Assembly (NCBI GenBank): GCA_964291415.2
Contig: OZ219917.1
Location: 768,001-832,000, forward strand
Origin: Alphaproteobacteria bacterium
GTDB lineage: Bacteria; Pseudomonadota; Alphaproteobacteria; SP197
Length of the DNA: 64,000 nucleotides
Direction: 5' to 3'
Shown here: positions 9,666 to 20,089 of the stretch, in pieces
Layout: the number at the start of each line of letters is the position of its first letter
How positions within the stretch are numbered: the stretch's first letter is position 1
Translations under genes and position numbers: made by a program
Notes under the pieces: generated by a model
Database searches by the model: none
Told to the model about the DNA's origin: nothing
Seen by the model: the letters and a program-made list of their open reading frames with translations, nothing else

Positions 9666-11086
9666 GGCCGTTCTCCCGCCTTCCACCGGCTCTGGAACGT
9701 CGCACCGGCAGGGCTCGCGAGGTCCCGTGTCCGCGTCCACGCACGCGTCAAGGGCAGACGTGGCAGGTACCCCCGGCGTCGTCCCAAGGCGGCGAGGAGG
9801 CGTGTCGTGATCGAGGTGAGGGGGCGGTAGAGCCATGGCCGGGCAGCGATCACCGACCACATCTGAAGGCCGGTGCGCATGACCGGTGGCGACGCGCCGC
9901 GCTCGGCCTCCTCGTTGCGCAGGCGACGCAGGATGCCGGGCAAGGGGATCCTCATCGGGCAGACTTCCTCGCAGCGTCCGCACAATGACGAGGCGTTGGG
10001 CAGGTGGGAGGTGCGGGCGAGTCCGTCGAGGGACGGTGTCAGAGCGGCGCCCACGGGACCGGAGTAGGGAGAGCCGTAGGCGTGCCCGCCGACCTTGGCG
10101 TAGACCGGGCAGGCATTGAGACAGCACCCGCAACGGATGCAGCGCAGGAGATCGCGGTTCGGCCCGCCCAGCAGGCCCGTGCGCCCGTTGTCGACCAGGA
10201 CGACATGAAAGGCGTCGGGACCGTCATGGTCGTCCTGGCGCCGGGGTCCCGCCGAAAAGGTCGTGTAGGACGTCATGTCCTGGCCGGTCGCCGAACGAGC
10301 GAGAAGGCGCAGCAAGGTGGAGGCGTCTTCCAGCGTCGGGACGATCTTCTCGATTCCTGCCAGCACCACATGGACGCCGGAGAGAAGCTGGGTGAGATCC
10401 CCGTTGCCCTCATTGGTCACGATCACCGTCTGACCCGTTTCGGCGATCAGGAAGTTGGCACCGGTGATTCCGACGTCAGCCTCCAGAAAGCGGCCACGCA
10501 GCATCTGCCTCGCATCGGCGAGAAGTCCATCGAGGTCGTCGGCTTCTCGGTCCGGGAGGTTCGTGTGGTGGTGATTGAAGAGGGTGCTGATCTGGCGGCG
10601 GTTCTTGTGGATGGCGGGGGCGATGATGTGGCTTGGCGTCTCGCCGGCGAGCTGCACGATGTATTCGCCAAGATCGGTCTCCACCGCCTCGATGCCGGCG
10701 TCCTCAAGCCAGTCGTTGAGGCCGATCTCCTCGCTCACCATGGTCTTTCCCTTGGTGACGGTCGATGCCCCGGCGTCGCGGCAGATGTTCAGCACGATGC
10801 GGCGCGCCTCGGCGTCGTCGCGCGCCCAGTGGACCGTCCCTCCCGACGCCTCGACGGCATCCTCGAAGGCGACGAGATAGGTGTCGAGGTGATCCAGGAC
10901 GTGATTCTTGATGCCGACCGCTTCGTCGACAAGCTCATCGAACTCCGGCATCGACTCCCGGGCACGGGCCCGTCTCGCCAGAAAATTGCCCCTGAGCCTG
11001 GCGAGATTGGCCTGCAACTCGGCATCCGCGAGGGCCTCGTCGGCGCCTTCTCGAAACCGCTCGCTCTTGAGCCGGTGAAGCGTCAC
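9662..11086 (-). CDS. lutB: Lactate utilisation Fe-S protein LutB
   Basis: ETDLGEYIVQL, NEGNGDL, CIRCGCCLNACP and LCGRCEEVCP. GTG start overlaps the lutA stop. Confidence 0.93.
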   Translation of the reverse strand: MTLHRLKSERFREGADEALADAELQANLARLRGNFLARRARARESMPEFDELVDEAVGIKNHVLDHLDTYLVAFEDAVEASGGTVHWARDDAEARRIVLNICRDAGASTVTKGKTMVSEEIGLNDWLEDAGIEAVETDLGEYIVQLAGETPSHIIAPAIHKNRRQISTLFNHHHTNLPDREADDLDGLLADARQMLRGRFLEADVGITGANFLIAETGQTVIVTNEGNGDLTQLLSGVHVVLAGIEKIVPTLEDASTLLRLLARSATGQDMTSYTTFSAGPRRQDDHDGPDAFHVVLVDNGRTGLLGGPNRDLLRCIRCGCCLNACPVYAKVGGHAYGSPYSGPVGAALTPSLDGLARTSHLPNASSLCGRCEEVCPMRIPLPGILRRLRNEEAERGASPPVMRTGLQMWSVIAARPWLYRPLTSITTRLLAALGRRRGYLPRLPLTRAWTRTRDLASPAGATFQSRWKAGERP

Positions 11087-11844
11087 GGGTCCGGCTCGCC
11101 GATGGCAGGACCCGCCGTGTCGTCGGCCAGCACCTCGGCCACGTGCCGTACCTTCATGGGCGAGGCCTGGCGCCGCAGAATGCCGGCAATGTTGAGCAGG
11201 CAACCGAGATCGGCCGAGAGAACCATGTCGGCGCCAGTTTCCTCGAGCCTGGCCGCCTTGTCCTCGGCCATGGCGGTGGAGATGGCGGGATACTTGACGG
11301 CGAAGGTGCCGCCGAATCCGCAACAGACCTCCCGATCCCGGGCCTCCTTCAGGACCGTGCCCTCGACAGCCCCCAGCAGGGTCCTCGGGGCCTCCCGGGT
11401 GCCGGCCTCGCGCAGGCAAGAGCATGAATCATGCCAGGTGACCGTCCCATCGTAGCGGCTTCCGGTCGTCGTCATCCCCCGAACCTCGACGAGAAAGCGG
11501 GTGAGTTCGAAGGTCCGCCGGGCGAGGGCGCGGGCGCGTTCCTCGTCACGGGTTCCCTCGAAGAGAGCGGGGTAGTGCCGTGTCACCATCCCTGTGCATG
11601 AGCCCGAGGGTGCGACCACGTAATCATAGGGCTCCAGCGCATCGAGCATGGTCCGGGCGACCTTCATGGCAAGGTGCCGCTCACCGGAATTGTAGGCCGG
11701 TTGACCGCAGCACGACTGCGTCGGGACCTCGACATCGCACCCGGCATCCTCAAGCAGGCGCACCGTGGCAAACCCGACCGATGGACGGAAGAGGTCGACG
11801 AGACAGGTGACGAGAAGCGCCACCCGGGGGCGGGTCTCGCTCAT
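11083..11844 (-). CDS. lutA: Lactate utilisation CCG-domain protein LutA
   Basis: TCLVDLFRP, CCGQPAYNSG, HDSCS, CCGFGGTFAVK. Confidence 0.93.
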   Translation of the reverse strand: MSETRPRVALLVTCLVDLFRPSVGFATVRLLEDAGCDVEVPTQSCCGQPAYNSGERHLAMKVARTMLDALEPYDYVVAPSGSCTGMVTRHYPALFEGTRDEERARALARRTFELTRFLVEVRGMTTTGSRYDGTVTWHDSCSCLREAGTREAPRTLLGAVEGTVLKEARDREVCCGFGGTFAVKYPAISTAMAEDKAARLEETGADMVLSADLGCLLNIAGILRRQASPMKVRHVAEVLADDTAGPAIGEPDP

Positions 11845-12938
11845 GGTTCGGCAGCGGCCATGAGCGAGACCGCGATCGTCGCCGGCAGCAGGATCCAGGA
11901 GCGTCCCGGCGAGTTCATGGCCCCGGCCATGCCGGCGGCCCAGTCCCCGGCGCCGAAGAAGATGTCGCCGCGCACCGCGCCGATGATGGCACTGCCGGTG
12001 TCCTGGGCGATCATGAGACGCTGCCACGGTGCGCCGTCGGGCAGTGTCGTCTCCAGCCAGACTGGCACGCCGTAGGCGAGATAGGCGTCGTCCACGGCGA
12101 GACTGCGCCCCGGCGTCAGGGGGACACCCTGGGCCCCCACCGGTCCTTCGCCCTCGAGTTCGTGAAAGAAGACATAGCTGCGGTTGACGGCCATGAGGCC
12201 GGCCGCCTCGTCCGGGCGGGAGGCAAGCCAGGCACGGATCGACGCCATGGAGATGTCATCGGCCGCGATCTCGCCGCGCCGGATGAGTTCCTTGCCGATC
12301 GACGTGTAGGGGTGGCCGTTGCCGCCGGCGTATCCGACCAGGATTTCGCTGCCGTCCTCGAGGCGCACCCTGCCGCTTCCCTGGACATGCAGGAAGAAGG
12401 CATCGACAGGGTCGTCCACCCAGAGGAGTTCGAGGCCCATGCCGTCAAGGGCGCCGTCATCGATGGCGGCACGGTCGGGAAGCGGCGAGAGGTTGTCCGG
12501 CATACGGTAGAGCGGCCAGCGCCAGGGCCCGCCTCCTGTCCTCGAACCGGACAGAAGGGGTTCGAAATACCCGGTGAAGAGACTTCCGCCGGCCCCGGTG
12601 ACGCGCCAGGGGCGGAACCAGGTCTCGAAGAAGGCCCTCGCGTTACTGCCAGCCGTGTTGCGGGCCAGCCGGCATCGTTCCTTCCACAGCGAGACTGTCG
12701 CCATGGCGGGCTTGCGGCCGAGGGAGGCGTCCGGGTCCTGCCTTTCGATGGCCTCGCAGGATGTCACGAAGGCGTCGAGGGCTTCCGCGTGGTTGTCCTC
12801 ACCCCAGCCCGGGAGGTCGGCAAAGTGCGCATCCTCGAGAACGAAGGCCGGCTGACGGTCTCTCGCATGATCACAACCGGCGACGGCGAGCATGAGACCA
12901 AGAAGTGCCGGGGCGGCCAGCCGGCGAAATCCCGCCAC
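11841..12938 (-). CDS. mltA: Membrane-bound lytic transglycosylase MltA
   Basis: Lipobox-like VAGC, FTGYFEP, FFLHVQGSG, AQDTGSAIIG...GDIFFG. Start uncertain. Confidence 0.93.
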   Translation of the reverse strand: MAGFRRLAAPALLGLMLAVAGCDHARDRQPAFVLEDAHFADLPGWGEDNHAEALDAFVTSCEAIERQDPDASLGRKPAMATVSLWKERCRLARNTAGSNARAFFETWFRPWRVTGAGGSLFTGYFEPLLSGSRTGGGPWRWPLYRMPDNLSPLPDRAAIDDGALDGMGLELLWVDDPVDAFFLHVQGSGRVRLEDGSEILVGYAGGNGHPYTSIGKELIRRGEIAADDISMASIRAWLASRPDEAAGLMAVNRSYVFFHELEGEGPVGAQGVPLTPGRSLAVDDAYLAYGVPVWLETTLPDGAPWQRLMIAQDTGSAIIGAVRGDIFFGAGDWAAGMAGAMNSPGRSWILLPATIAVSLMAAAEP

Positions 12939-12939
12939 G

Positions 12940-13605
12940 TCAGGCGGGGCTGCGGGTGGCGACCAGCAGCCAGTTGGGATCACGCGCACGGGTGTCGCGG
13001 GAGAAAGTCCAGATGTCCGTCACCTCGATGGTGCTCGTCGGATCTCCGGCGATGATCCGGTTCTCGCTGTCCTTCACCACGTCGATCTGGTTGGAACGGA
13101 AGCGCACCGTGATGCTCGCCTGGCGGCTGTTCATGACGGCCTCGATGGCCTCGCAGTCGACGATGGCCACCAGTTCGATCTGCCGCTTGGTCCCGTGCTG
13201 GTCGCGATCGGAGATGGCCTGGCTGAAACTGCGATGGACCTCGTCGTCAAGGAATTCCCGAACGGGTTCGAGGTCGCCCTTGTGGAAGGCGTCGAGGATC
13301 ATGCCGAACGCCTGGCGCGCCCCGGCATGGAATTCATCCACGTTGAAGCCGCGGTCGGCGCGCCTGATCCTGTCGAGGCCCTGGACCAGCGGATCCCCTG
13401 ATTCGTCCGCCTCGCCTTCGTCCGTCTCCTCGCGCCTGAAGGGCAGCACGGTTCCCTGATCATCGTTGTCGGCGACCGGGCCGGGCATCGGTGCTGGCGG
13501 CGGCTGTTCGTTTCCGGTCCGCCGTCCAAGGACATTGAACAGTTTGAAGAAGATCACTGCCGCCAGTACGGCGAAGATCAGAATGTCCACGAATCCGCCC
13601 GCCAC
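12940..13605 (-). CDS. Tim44/TimA family protein
   Basis: VLGRRTGNE, FHAGARQAF, DIWTFSRD...DPNWLLVAT. Start uncertain. Confidence 0.9.
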   Translation of the reverse strand: MAGGFVDILIFAVLAAVIFFKLFNVLGRRTGNEQPPPAPMPGPVADNDDQGTVLPFRREETDEGEADESGDPLVQGLDRIRRADRGFNVDEFHAGARQAFGMILDAFHKGDLEPVREFLDDEVHRSFSQAISDRDQHGTKRQIELVAIVDCEAIEAVMNSRQASITVRFRSNQIDVVKDSENRIIAGDPTSTIEVTDIWTFSRDTRARDPNWLLVATRSPA

Positions 13606-13738
13606 GTCGAATCGTCGTCCGGCAGCATGCACGATGCCGCCCCCCGGCAATCTAGTCCCTTGCCGCGCCGGGGTCGAGTCACCAGTGGCGCGGAGGGGCC
13701 AACACCCCTATAGATGGGTAGCCAGAGACCTTTGCGCC

Positions 13739-14185
13739 ATGCCTGTCCTTCTCCTCGCCCTTTTCATCGGCCTTCCCCTCGTCGAGGTATGGCTGCTCGT
13801 CGAGGTCGGCGGTTTCGTAGGCGCCTGGTGGACCGTCGCCCTGTGCATCGCGACGGCCGTTGGCGGCGCGGCGCTCGTGCGCCACCAGGGCCGCTCGACC
13901 CTCGAACGGGTGCGCACCACCCTGCGTCAGGGCAGGATGCCTCTGGGCGACCTGTTCGCCGGCGCCTGCATTCTCGTGGCCGGCGTGATGCTCCTGCTCC
14001 CGGGTTTCTTCAGCGATGCGGCAGGATTCCTGCTCCTCCTGCCGCCGTTCCGCGGCCTCCTCGCTCTCGCTCTAGGCCGCTTCATCCACGTCGCCGCCAC
14101 GCAGTCCCGCCCCGGCGGCCGCACCATCGAAGGCGAATGGGAGCCCGTCGACGACCCCCCGAGCGGGCGACTCGACCGCCCCTGA
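13739..14185 (+). CDS. fxsA: FxsA family membrane protein
   Basis: PLVEVWLL...VG, LLLPGFFSDAAG and C-terminal TIEGEW. Divergent from tim44. Confidence 0.9.
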   Translation: MPVLLLALFIGLPLVEVWLLVEVGGFVGAWWTVALCIATAVGGAALVRHQGRSTLERVRTTLRQGRMPLGDLFAGACILVAGVMLLLPGFFSDAAGFLLLLPPFRGLLALALGRFIHVAATQSRPGGRTIEGEWEPVDDPPSGRLDRP

Positions 14186-15284
14186 TTCCACTGCCCGACG
14201 GCAAAGTCGGGCATTGGCCATGTCGTTCCCGACCTGTTCCCGGACGTCCGGCAATGGCAGGAGATCCTGCACATCGCCCGGCAGGCCCTTGCGCCCCCGA
14301 TCCGCCGCCTTGCGCCAGGCCGGCCCCCGGGCGCGCAGTTCCTCCCAGGCATCCTGGAGTTCTTCCGGGCGGTCGCGCGCCAGCACCCGCGCAAGGAGCG
14401 CAGCCTGCTCAAGGTCCTTCTTCGCCTTGGCGCGGCTTGCCGGGTCCGCAGGTCTGCGCGCTGCGACGAGCAGCTTGTGGACGGCAAAGCGTTCCGGGGA
14501 GGGTGTCCTGACGGGGATTCCCGTCCCATGAAGCACCAGGGCCTCGATCTCCCGGTACAAGAGGAAGTCGAGGAAACGGAGCGGTTGGGCGTCGCCTTCC
14601 AGGGCGGGGAGATGTATGGGCCCGTCCCGCGGCGGACCCCGCACAGGCGCGAGCACGTCTACGACGAATCTCTGCGCGTTCGGGCCCCGGATCGCGTAAC
14701 GAAGGGTCCGGCGCGGATCGAAGGGCGACGGGACGGCCTCGAATGCGGGATCGACGCTCTTCAGGACGGACAAGAGATTCGGCTCGATCCGGTCGTCCAC
14801 GGCGATCGAGATGGCGGGGAACTGTCCATTATCCACGTCACCCGCGCGCGCCGTCGCGCCCCGCACCTTGAAACCGAGCATGGGCGCGTAGCACTGGAAG
14901 GCGACGGATCCGACAACCACGGAAGGCACCGGCCTCGGACAGGGCGGCCAGCACGTTGCCGCTGAGGCCGTCAGGGGCGGGCACGCCCCCTGCGCGCAGG
15001 GCCCGGACCATGCCGATCCGGTCCTTGCGGGCCTCGGCGCGTTCCACCCGAGTCTCGATCCTGCGACGGATTTCAGGCGTGTCCGGACCGAGATATCTGG
15101 CCGGGGGCCGGTAACCGTTGCGGGTTGCGGGGTGCCAGTACCAGTAGGCCCGCCCCTTGACGACGCGCTTGTGTGGCGTTCCTCCGGCATCCATGATCTC
15201 CTGGAAACTGCCGGACCAGGCCCGGTCCGCCAGTTCCGCGTAGACCGTCTGCATCGCGACAGGCAGGCGTTGAAAGGTTTTCAG
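14072..15284 (-). pseudogene. GSU2403-like nucleotidyltransferase-fold protein, frameshifted
   Basis: The N half (YAEL...YWYW...RYLGPD...AGAFR) and C half (VVVGSVAFQCY...DVD...LRFLDFL...PERFAVHKL...KDLEQA) are in different frames, joined near 14920. Confidence 0.75.
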
Positions 15285-15577
15285 GGGAGAATTCTCCCTT
15301 GTTGTAAACAATGTTGCATTTTGTTTGTAACCATTCTCCAGGAGAGTCAGGTCTGTCCCGCGATGCCCCGGACTGCTCCCTGCAAGACCCGCACCTGCGT
15401 CCGCTTCTCCTGAGCCGGTCGAACAGGAAGATCGCAGCCTTTGGGGTTTCGGTTCCCTCAAGCCGGACGCACCTCGCGTTCCGCGACACCGGCCAGACCA
15501 TGTCTCCCCGTTTCCGGCTTGCCTTGACGCTTCCGGATGACGGACATTGACGGGAAACCGAAGCGAGGGACCCTGTC

Positions 15578-16066
15578 ATGCTGCTCGAAGGTTCGTGCCA
15601 TTGCGGCGCCATCCGCTTCCGTGTCCGTTCCGCCCACCCCTATCCCTTCAACCTCTGCTACTGCAACATCTGTCGAAAGACCGGCGGGGGCGGGGGCTAT
15701 GCGATCAACCTCGGCGCCGAGTACGAGAGCCTGGAGGTCGAGGGAGACGACAATCGCAGCGTCTACCATGCGGTGATGCGCGAGGATGGAGGCGAAGAGA
15801 TCAGCCCGGCGGAACGGAGCTTTTGCGCTCTGTGTGGCACATCGCTATGGCTGTGGGACCCGCGCTGGCCGGACCTCGTGCATCCCCTCGCCTCCGCCAT
15901 CGACACAGAGCTCCCTGTCCCTCCCGAACGCACCCACCTGCTGCTCTCCGACAAGCCCGCCTGGGTCGAGGTTCACCTCGGGCCGAAGGACCGGCAGTTC
16001 GACGGCTACCCGGAGGAGTCGCTGGCTGAGTGGCACGAGCGCCTGGGTCTCTCCCGCCCCGACTGA
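15578..16066 (+). CDS. GFA/CENP-V family zinc protein
   Basis: GSCHCGAIRF, CYCNICRK, RSFCALCGT. Confidence 0.92.
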   Translation: MLLEGSCHCGAIRFRVRSAHPYPFNLCYCNICRKTGGGGGYAINLGAEYESLEVEGDDNRSVYHAVMREDGGEEISPAERSFCALCGTSLWLWDPRWPDLVHPLASAIDTELPVPPERTHLLLSDKPAWVEVHLGPKDRQFDGYPEESLAEWHERLGLSRPD

Positions 16067-16314
16067 CCACTCCTGAAGTGCCCCCTCGGTCCTGTCGACG
16101 AGGAAGGATGAAGTGGCGACTGGAGGGATTGGCACTATCCGTGCAGGTATGACTCAAGGGCACAAGAAGGCGGTGCCGGCAAGAGAGGACGCCGCCGTCG
16201 AACTGCAGCGGGGAAACAGCCGCAAAGGCGCGAGGAGCGTGGCGAGGTGCATGTCGCCCTTCGGCCAACAATGGGCTATGTACGGGCCGTCAGTGCAACC
16301 GGGAGTGTCGATGC

Positions 16315-16797
16315 ATGGCTGAGGAAACCGCGGCCACAGAACGGGTACAGGCCAAGCTTCGGCTGCACACGCAGTTCCTGCAGGACCTCTCTTTCGAGAG
16401 TCCCCGGGGTGCGGCGAGCGTTGCCGCGTCAGCGGACAACAAGCCCGAGATCGAGGTCAACCTCAACATCGACTCGCGCCAGCTTCAGGAGGCGTTCTAC
16501 GAGGTGGCGCTGAGAATCGCGGTCAATGCGGCAAGGGACGAAGAGCCCTGGTTTCTGGCCGAACTCGACTACCGGGGTGTGTTCTCACTGGCCGATGTCG
16601 ATGACGAGGCGCGCGCGCCCATACTCCTGATCGAGGGTCCGAGGATGCTCTTTCCCTTCGCCAGGCGGATCATTGCCGATGTCGTGCGCGATGGCGGTTT
16701 TCCGCCACTCCTCATGGAGCCGGTCGACTTCGTCGGGCTCTTTCGCCAGCACGCTCTCGCCCGCCAGGAACAAGACAAGGAAGCTGAGAGCGATTGA
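16315..16797 (+). CDS. secB: Protein-export chaperone SecB
   Basis: QFLQDLSFESP and LFPFARRIIADVVRDGGFPPL. Confidence 0.95.
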   Translation: MAEETAATERVQAKLRLHTQFLQDLSFESPRGAASVAASADNKPEIEVNLNIDSRQLQEAFYEVALRIAVNAARDEEPWFLAELDYRGVFSLADVDDEARAPILLIEGPRMLFPFARRIIADVVRDGGFPPLLMEPVDFVGLFRQHALARQEQDKEAESD

Positions 16798-16804
16798 CCC
16801 ATCG

Positions 16805-17848
16805 TCAGGGCAGGCGGTCTCCGCGCACCGGAACGCCGAGATCACGCGCCAGGATCTCATGCATGTGAACGACGCCCCGCAGACGGCCTCCATCCTCGCA
16901 GACGAGGAACGTGAAGCGGTTTTCTTCCATCAGCCGCAGAGCATCGAACATCAGCGCATCGGTGGTGATCGCCATGGGCGAGGCGGTCATGATCGAAGCC
17001 GCGGTCAGGGCGCCAAATCCGGTGCGGTCGGCAAGCGCGCGGCGGATGTCGCCATCGGAGATGACGCCGACCGAACCGACAGGTGGTGCTGAGGCAGGGT
17101 CCGCCTCGCAGACCACGGCAAAGCCGCGGGCGCCGGTCGTGACGACATCGAGCACCTTCCAGATCGAGGATTCCGGCTTCACCCAGGGTAGCGTGGACGC
17201 CTTCAGCATGACCTCGCGAACCGTCATCAGGCCGCGGCCGAGAAGGCCTCCCGGATGAAGACCGCGAAACTGTTCGGGCGTGAACCCGCGAATGGTGAGA
17301 CTCGCAGTCATCAGCGCATCGCACAGGGAGAGTGTGGTGGTCGAAGACGATGTGGGCGCCAGTCGGTGCAGCCCGGCCTCGGCCTTGACCCTGGTCTCGA
17401 TCACCCAGTCGCTGTGTTCGGCGAGGAGACAGTCCCTGAAGGCCGTTATGGTGGCGATGCGGGCGCCGAAATCCTTCAGGTAGGGAGTGAGGATGCGCAG
17501 CTCGTCCGTCGCGCCGGAGTGGGTGAGCAGAACGGCGAGGGTCGCGTCCCGGGCCTGTCCGAGATCACCGTGAAGCGCTTCCTGGGGATGGATGAAGGCG
17601 GCGCGGTGACCGGTCGACACCAGGCTGGCGACGAACTTCGTGCCGATATGGCCAGACTTGCCGACGCCGAGCACCACCGTGCGGCTTTCCGGCGCGCCGA
17701 GCGCTTCGGCCGTGGCGAGGAAGTCAGGACCGATGGCGTTGGCCGCCGCGCCGAGACATGTGGCCGCTTCGTTCAGAACCTCGCGCGCCGCTTCGAGCGG
17801 TGCAGTCAGGGAGGGTTGGTCCAAGGTATGCCTGGAGAGGTCGTCCAT
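16805..17848 (-). CDS. KpsF/GutQ family sugar-phosphate isomerase (SIS + 2 CBS)
   Basis: GVGKSGHIG, EALHGDLG, APTSSSTT, HPGG, ISDGDIRR. Confidence 0.9.
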   Translation of the reverse strand: MDDLSRHTLDQPSLTAPLEAAREVLNEAATCLGAAANAIGPDFLATAEALGAPESRTVVLGVGKSGHIGTKFVASLVSTGHRAAFIHPQEALHGDLGQARDATLAVLLTHSGATDELRILTPYLKDFGARIATITAFRDCLLAEHSDWVIETRVKAEAGLHRLAPTSSSTTTLSLCDALMTASLTIRGFTPEQFRGLHPGGLLGRGLMTVREVMLKASTLPWVKPESSIWKVLDVVTTGARGFAVVCEADPASAPPVGSVGVISDGDIRRALADRTGFGALTAASIMTASPMAITTDALMFDALRLMEENRFTFLVCEDGGRLRGVVHMHEILARDLGVPVRGDRLP

Positions 17849-18019
17849 GTCCGCGAACCCGCACTCCCGGGAACCTTCGTGAGGGCAACAGTATAGACGC
17901 CCCGAAATCGGTGGCCAATCGAGCTGCGCGAATGATTGGCGGATCGTCACGACGCCATGGAGCGAGGCCTCCGGCGTACCTATAGTGAACGCTTCGTGAT
18001 GACAATGGGGTGTCGGGTC

Positions 18020-18934
18020 ATGGCAGGCTACGTCGCCACTTTCTCCTATCAGGCCGCAGTTTCCCATGCGCCGCAGTTCTCTCCGGGGACATACCGCCAC
18101 TTCTCCGTTGCACCGGCGACGGGCGCGATCGGCGCGGTGATCGAGGGAATCGATCTGGCGAACGCCTCCGACGAGGCGATCGGCGAACTCGAACAGGCGC
18201 TCACTGATCACATCGCCCTTATGATTCGCGATCAGGATCTCGACCCGGCCGGCCAGGTGAATCTGGCGCGACGTCTCGGTACGCCGCTGCCGTGGCCCTA
18301 TGCGCGGAAGATGGAGGGCTTTCCGGAGATCACCGAACTCATCCAGGAACCTGGTGACAAGTATGCCTTCGGCGGCAGCTGGCACTCGGATTCATGCAAT
18401 TTCGAACGTCCGCCGAAGTTCACGATGGCCTATGCCATCGCCTGTCCGCCGGTCGGAGGGGACACGGCCTTCTCCAACCAGTACCTTGCCTGGGAAACGC
18501 TCGACGAAACGCTGAAGACCGAGCTCACGAGTGTCCGCTGCGTCAACTCCTCGGCGCTGGGGTACGGCACCGCGTCAATCGATCAGGAAGTGACCGGCAA
18601 CACGGCGACGCCCATCGTCTACTCCGCAGACGAGTTCAATGAAGTTCTGCACCCGATCTGCCGCACCCATCCGGTCACGGGCCGCAAGGCGCTCTACACG
18701 AATGATTCCTTCACCGCCCGCTTCGAGGGAAGGTCGCAGCAGGAAAGCCTCCCGCTGCTGCGCCGTCTCTGGAGGCACTCCATCATTCCCGAATTCACCT
18801 GCAGGCTCAGCTGGAAGCCGAAATCCCTGGCGATCTGGGACAACCGCTGCTGCCTCCATTACGCCCACAGCGACTATCCGGGCCACCGCCGCCACCTGAG
18901 ACGCATCGTCATCGAAGGCGAACGGCCGTTCTAG
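18020..18934 (+). CDS. TauD/TfdA family Fe(II)/2OG dioxygenase
   Basis: WHSD, GGDTAFSN, HPICRTHPVTGRKALY, IWDNRCCLH. Start uncertain. Confidence 0.92.
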   Translation: MAGYVATFSYQAAVSHAPQFSPGTYRHFSVAPATGAIGAVIEGIDLANASDEAIGELEQALTDHIALMIRDQDLDPAGQVNLARRLGTPLPWPYARKMEGFPEITELIQEPGDKYAFGGSWHSDSCNFERPPKFTMAYAIACPPVGGDTAFSNQYLAWETLDETLKTELTSVRCVNSSALGYGTASIDQEVTGNTATPIVYSADEFNEVLHPICRTHPVTGRKALYTNDSFTARFEGRSQQESLPLLRRLWRHSIIPEFTCRLSWKPKSLAIWDNRCCLHYAHSDYPGHRRHLRRIVIEGERPF

Positions 18935-19033
18935 CCGCAGCTCAAGCATGGCGAAGCGAAATCTCCGAACTCGCATGGCACGGCGACAAACCTGTCGGTT
19001 TGCTCAGTGCCGTCTCCCGGAGCATGCTTCTCG

Positions 19034-20085
19034 TCAGTGGACCATGTTTCCGGGCATGAGCAGCCGTTTGCCCTCTTCTTCGGCGACGACCGGGTCGAGG
19101 AAGGCGTTGCAGTCTTCCAGCTCGCTTGTGGTTCCTCCGACGGAAGTCCAGCTGATGGCTGCGGTCCATCTCTGCGCATAGTCCAACATGCGAATGAGGG
19201 GCTGGGGCCGGCCGGATTGCGAGAGCGCCTTCAGCGCGGAGAGATAGTTGGCACGGTACACGGTGGGCACAACGATGCGCTCCTCGCCTGCCGCCGCCAG
19301 TTCGGCGTTCATCATGATCCGTGCTGTCCTGCCGTTCCCGTCGGAGAATGGATGGACTTCGGAGATCAGGAACTTCATGAACACCGCACGCTGGAAAGGT
19401 GTTTCCAGGCTCCGACAAAGGTTGAATCCCTGTTCCAATGTGCCTGTGACGAGGTCCGGGGCGACGAATACAGTCGAGCCGGCGCGATTCTCCGCGTGCT
19501 TGAAGCTCCCCGGCCGCTGATCGGGTCGACCTTCCATGATTGATGCGTGGCGGGCCTTGAGAAGCGTTTCGAGTGCGGAAGCACTCGCGGGAGTGCGGGA
19601 CATTTCGCGGTAATCGGATACGATGCGCCAGGTTCCCAGCACATCGTGCGCATCCGCGGGCCGTTCGTTGGGGATGACGCCGCGGAACACGATGTCAGCG
19701 GCCTCTTCGACGGCGAACTCCGTGCCCTCGATGAAATTCGAGAAGTAGGCTTCGAAGAAGGCCAGCGTCGCCTGGCTTCCGGGTTCTCGAATGGGCGCCA
19801 TGCGGGAAAGCGGAGGATGGTCCCGCAGAGCCGCATGAAGGGCCTGGAACAGGATCAGACGGTCCGGATCGTAGGGACGGCCCAGACGGCGGGCGACCGC
19901 CGGGGGCGCGGTCAAGTCCATCTCGCGGGTGCCGAGCAAGGCACCGATCATCGCATCGAGGGTCAGGGCTTCCTTCTCGAGGTCGAGAGCAGGGGCCAGG
20001 AAGCGGATCTCGTCACGCAGACGGTTCGTCGCTTCCTCGCCCGAACGGCGGATCAAGGTATCGAGCCGTTCCTCGATCTCGGGTC
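19034..20085 (-). pseudogene. Fic family protein lacking its N-terminus
   Basis: Canonical HPFSDGNGRTAR and SNFIEG inhibitory-helix motif. There is no good start, and upstream sequence switches to hipA-like remnants. Confidence 0.75.
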
Positions 20086-20089
20086 GGCG

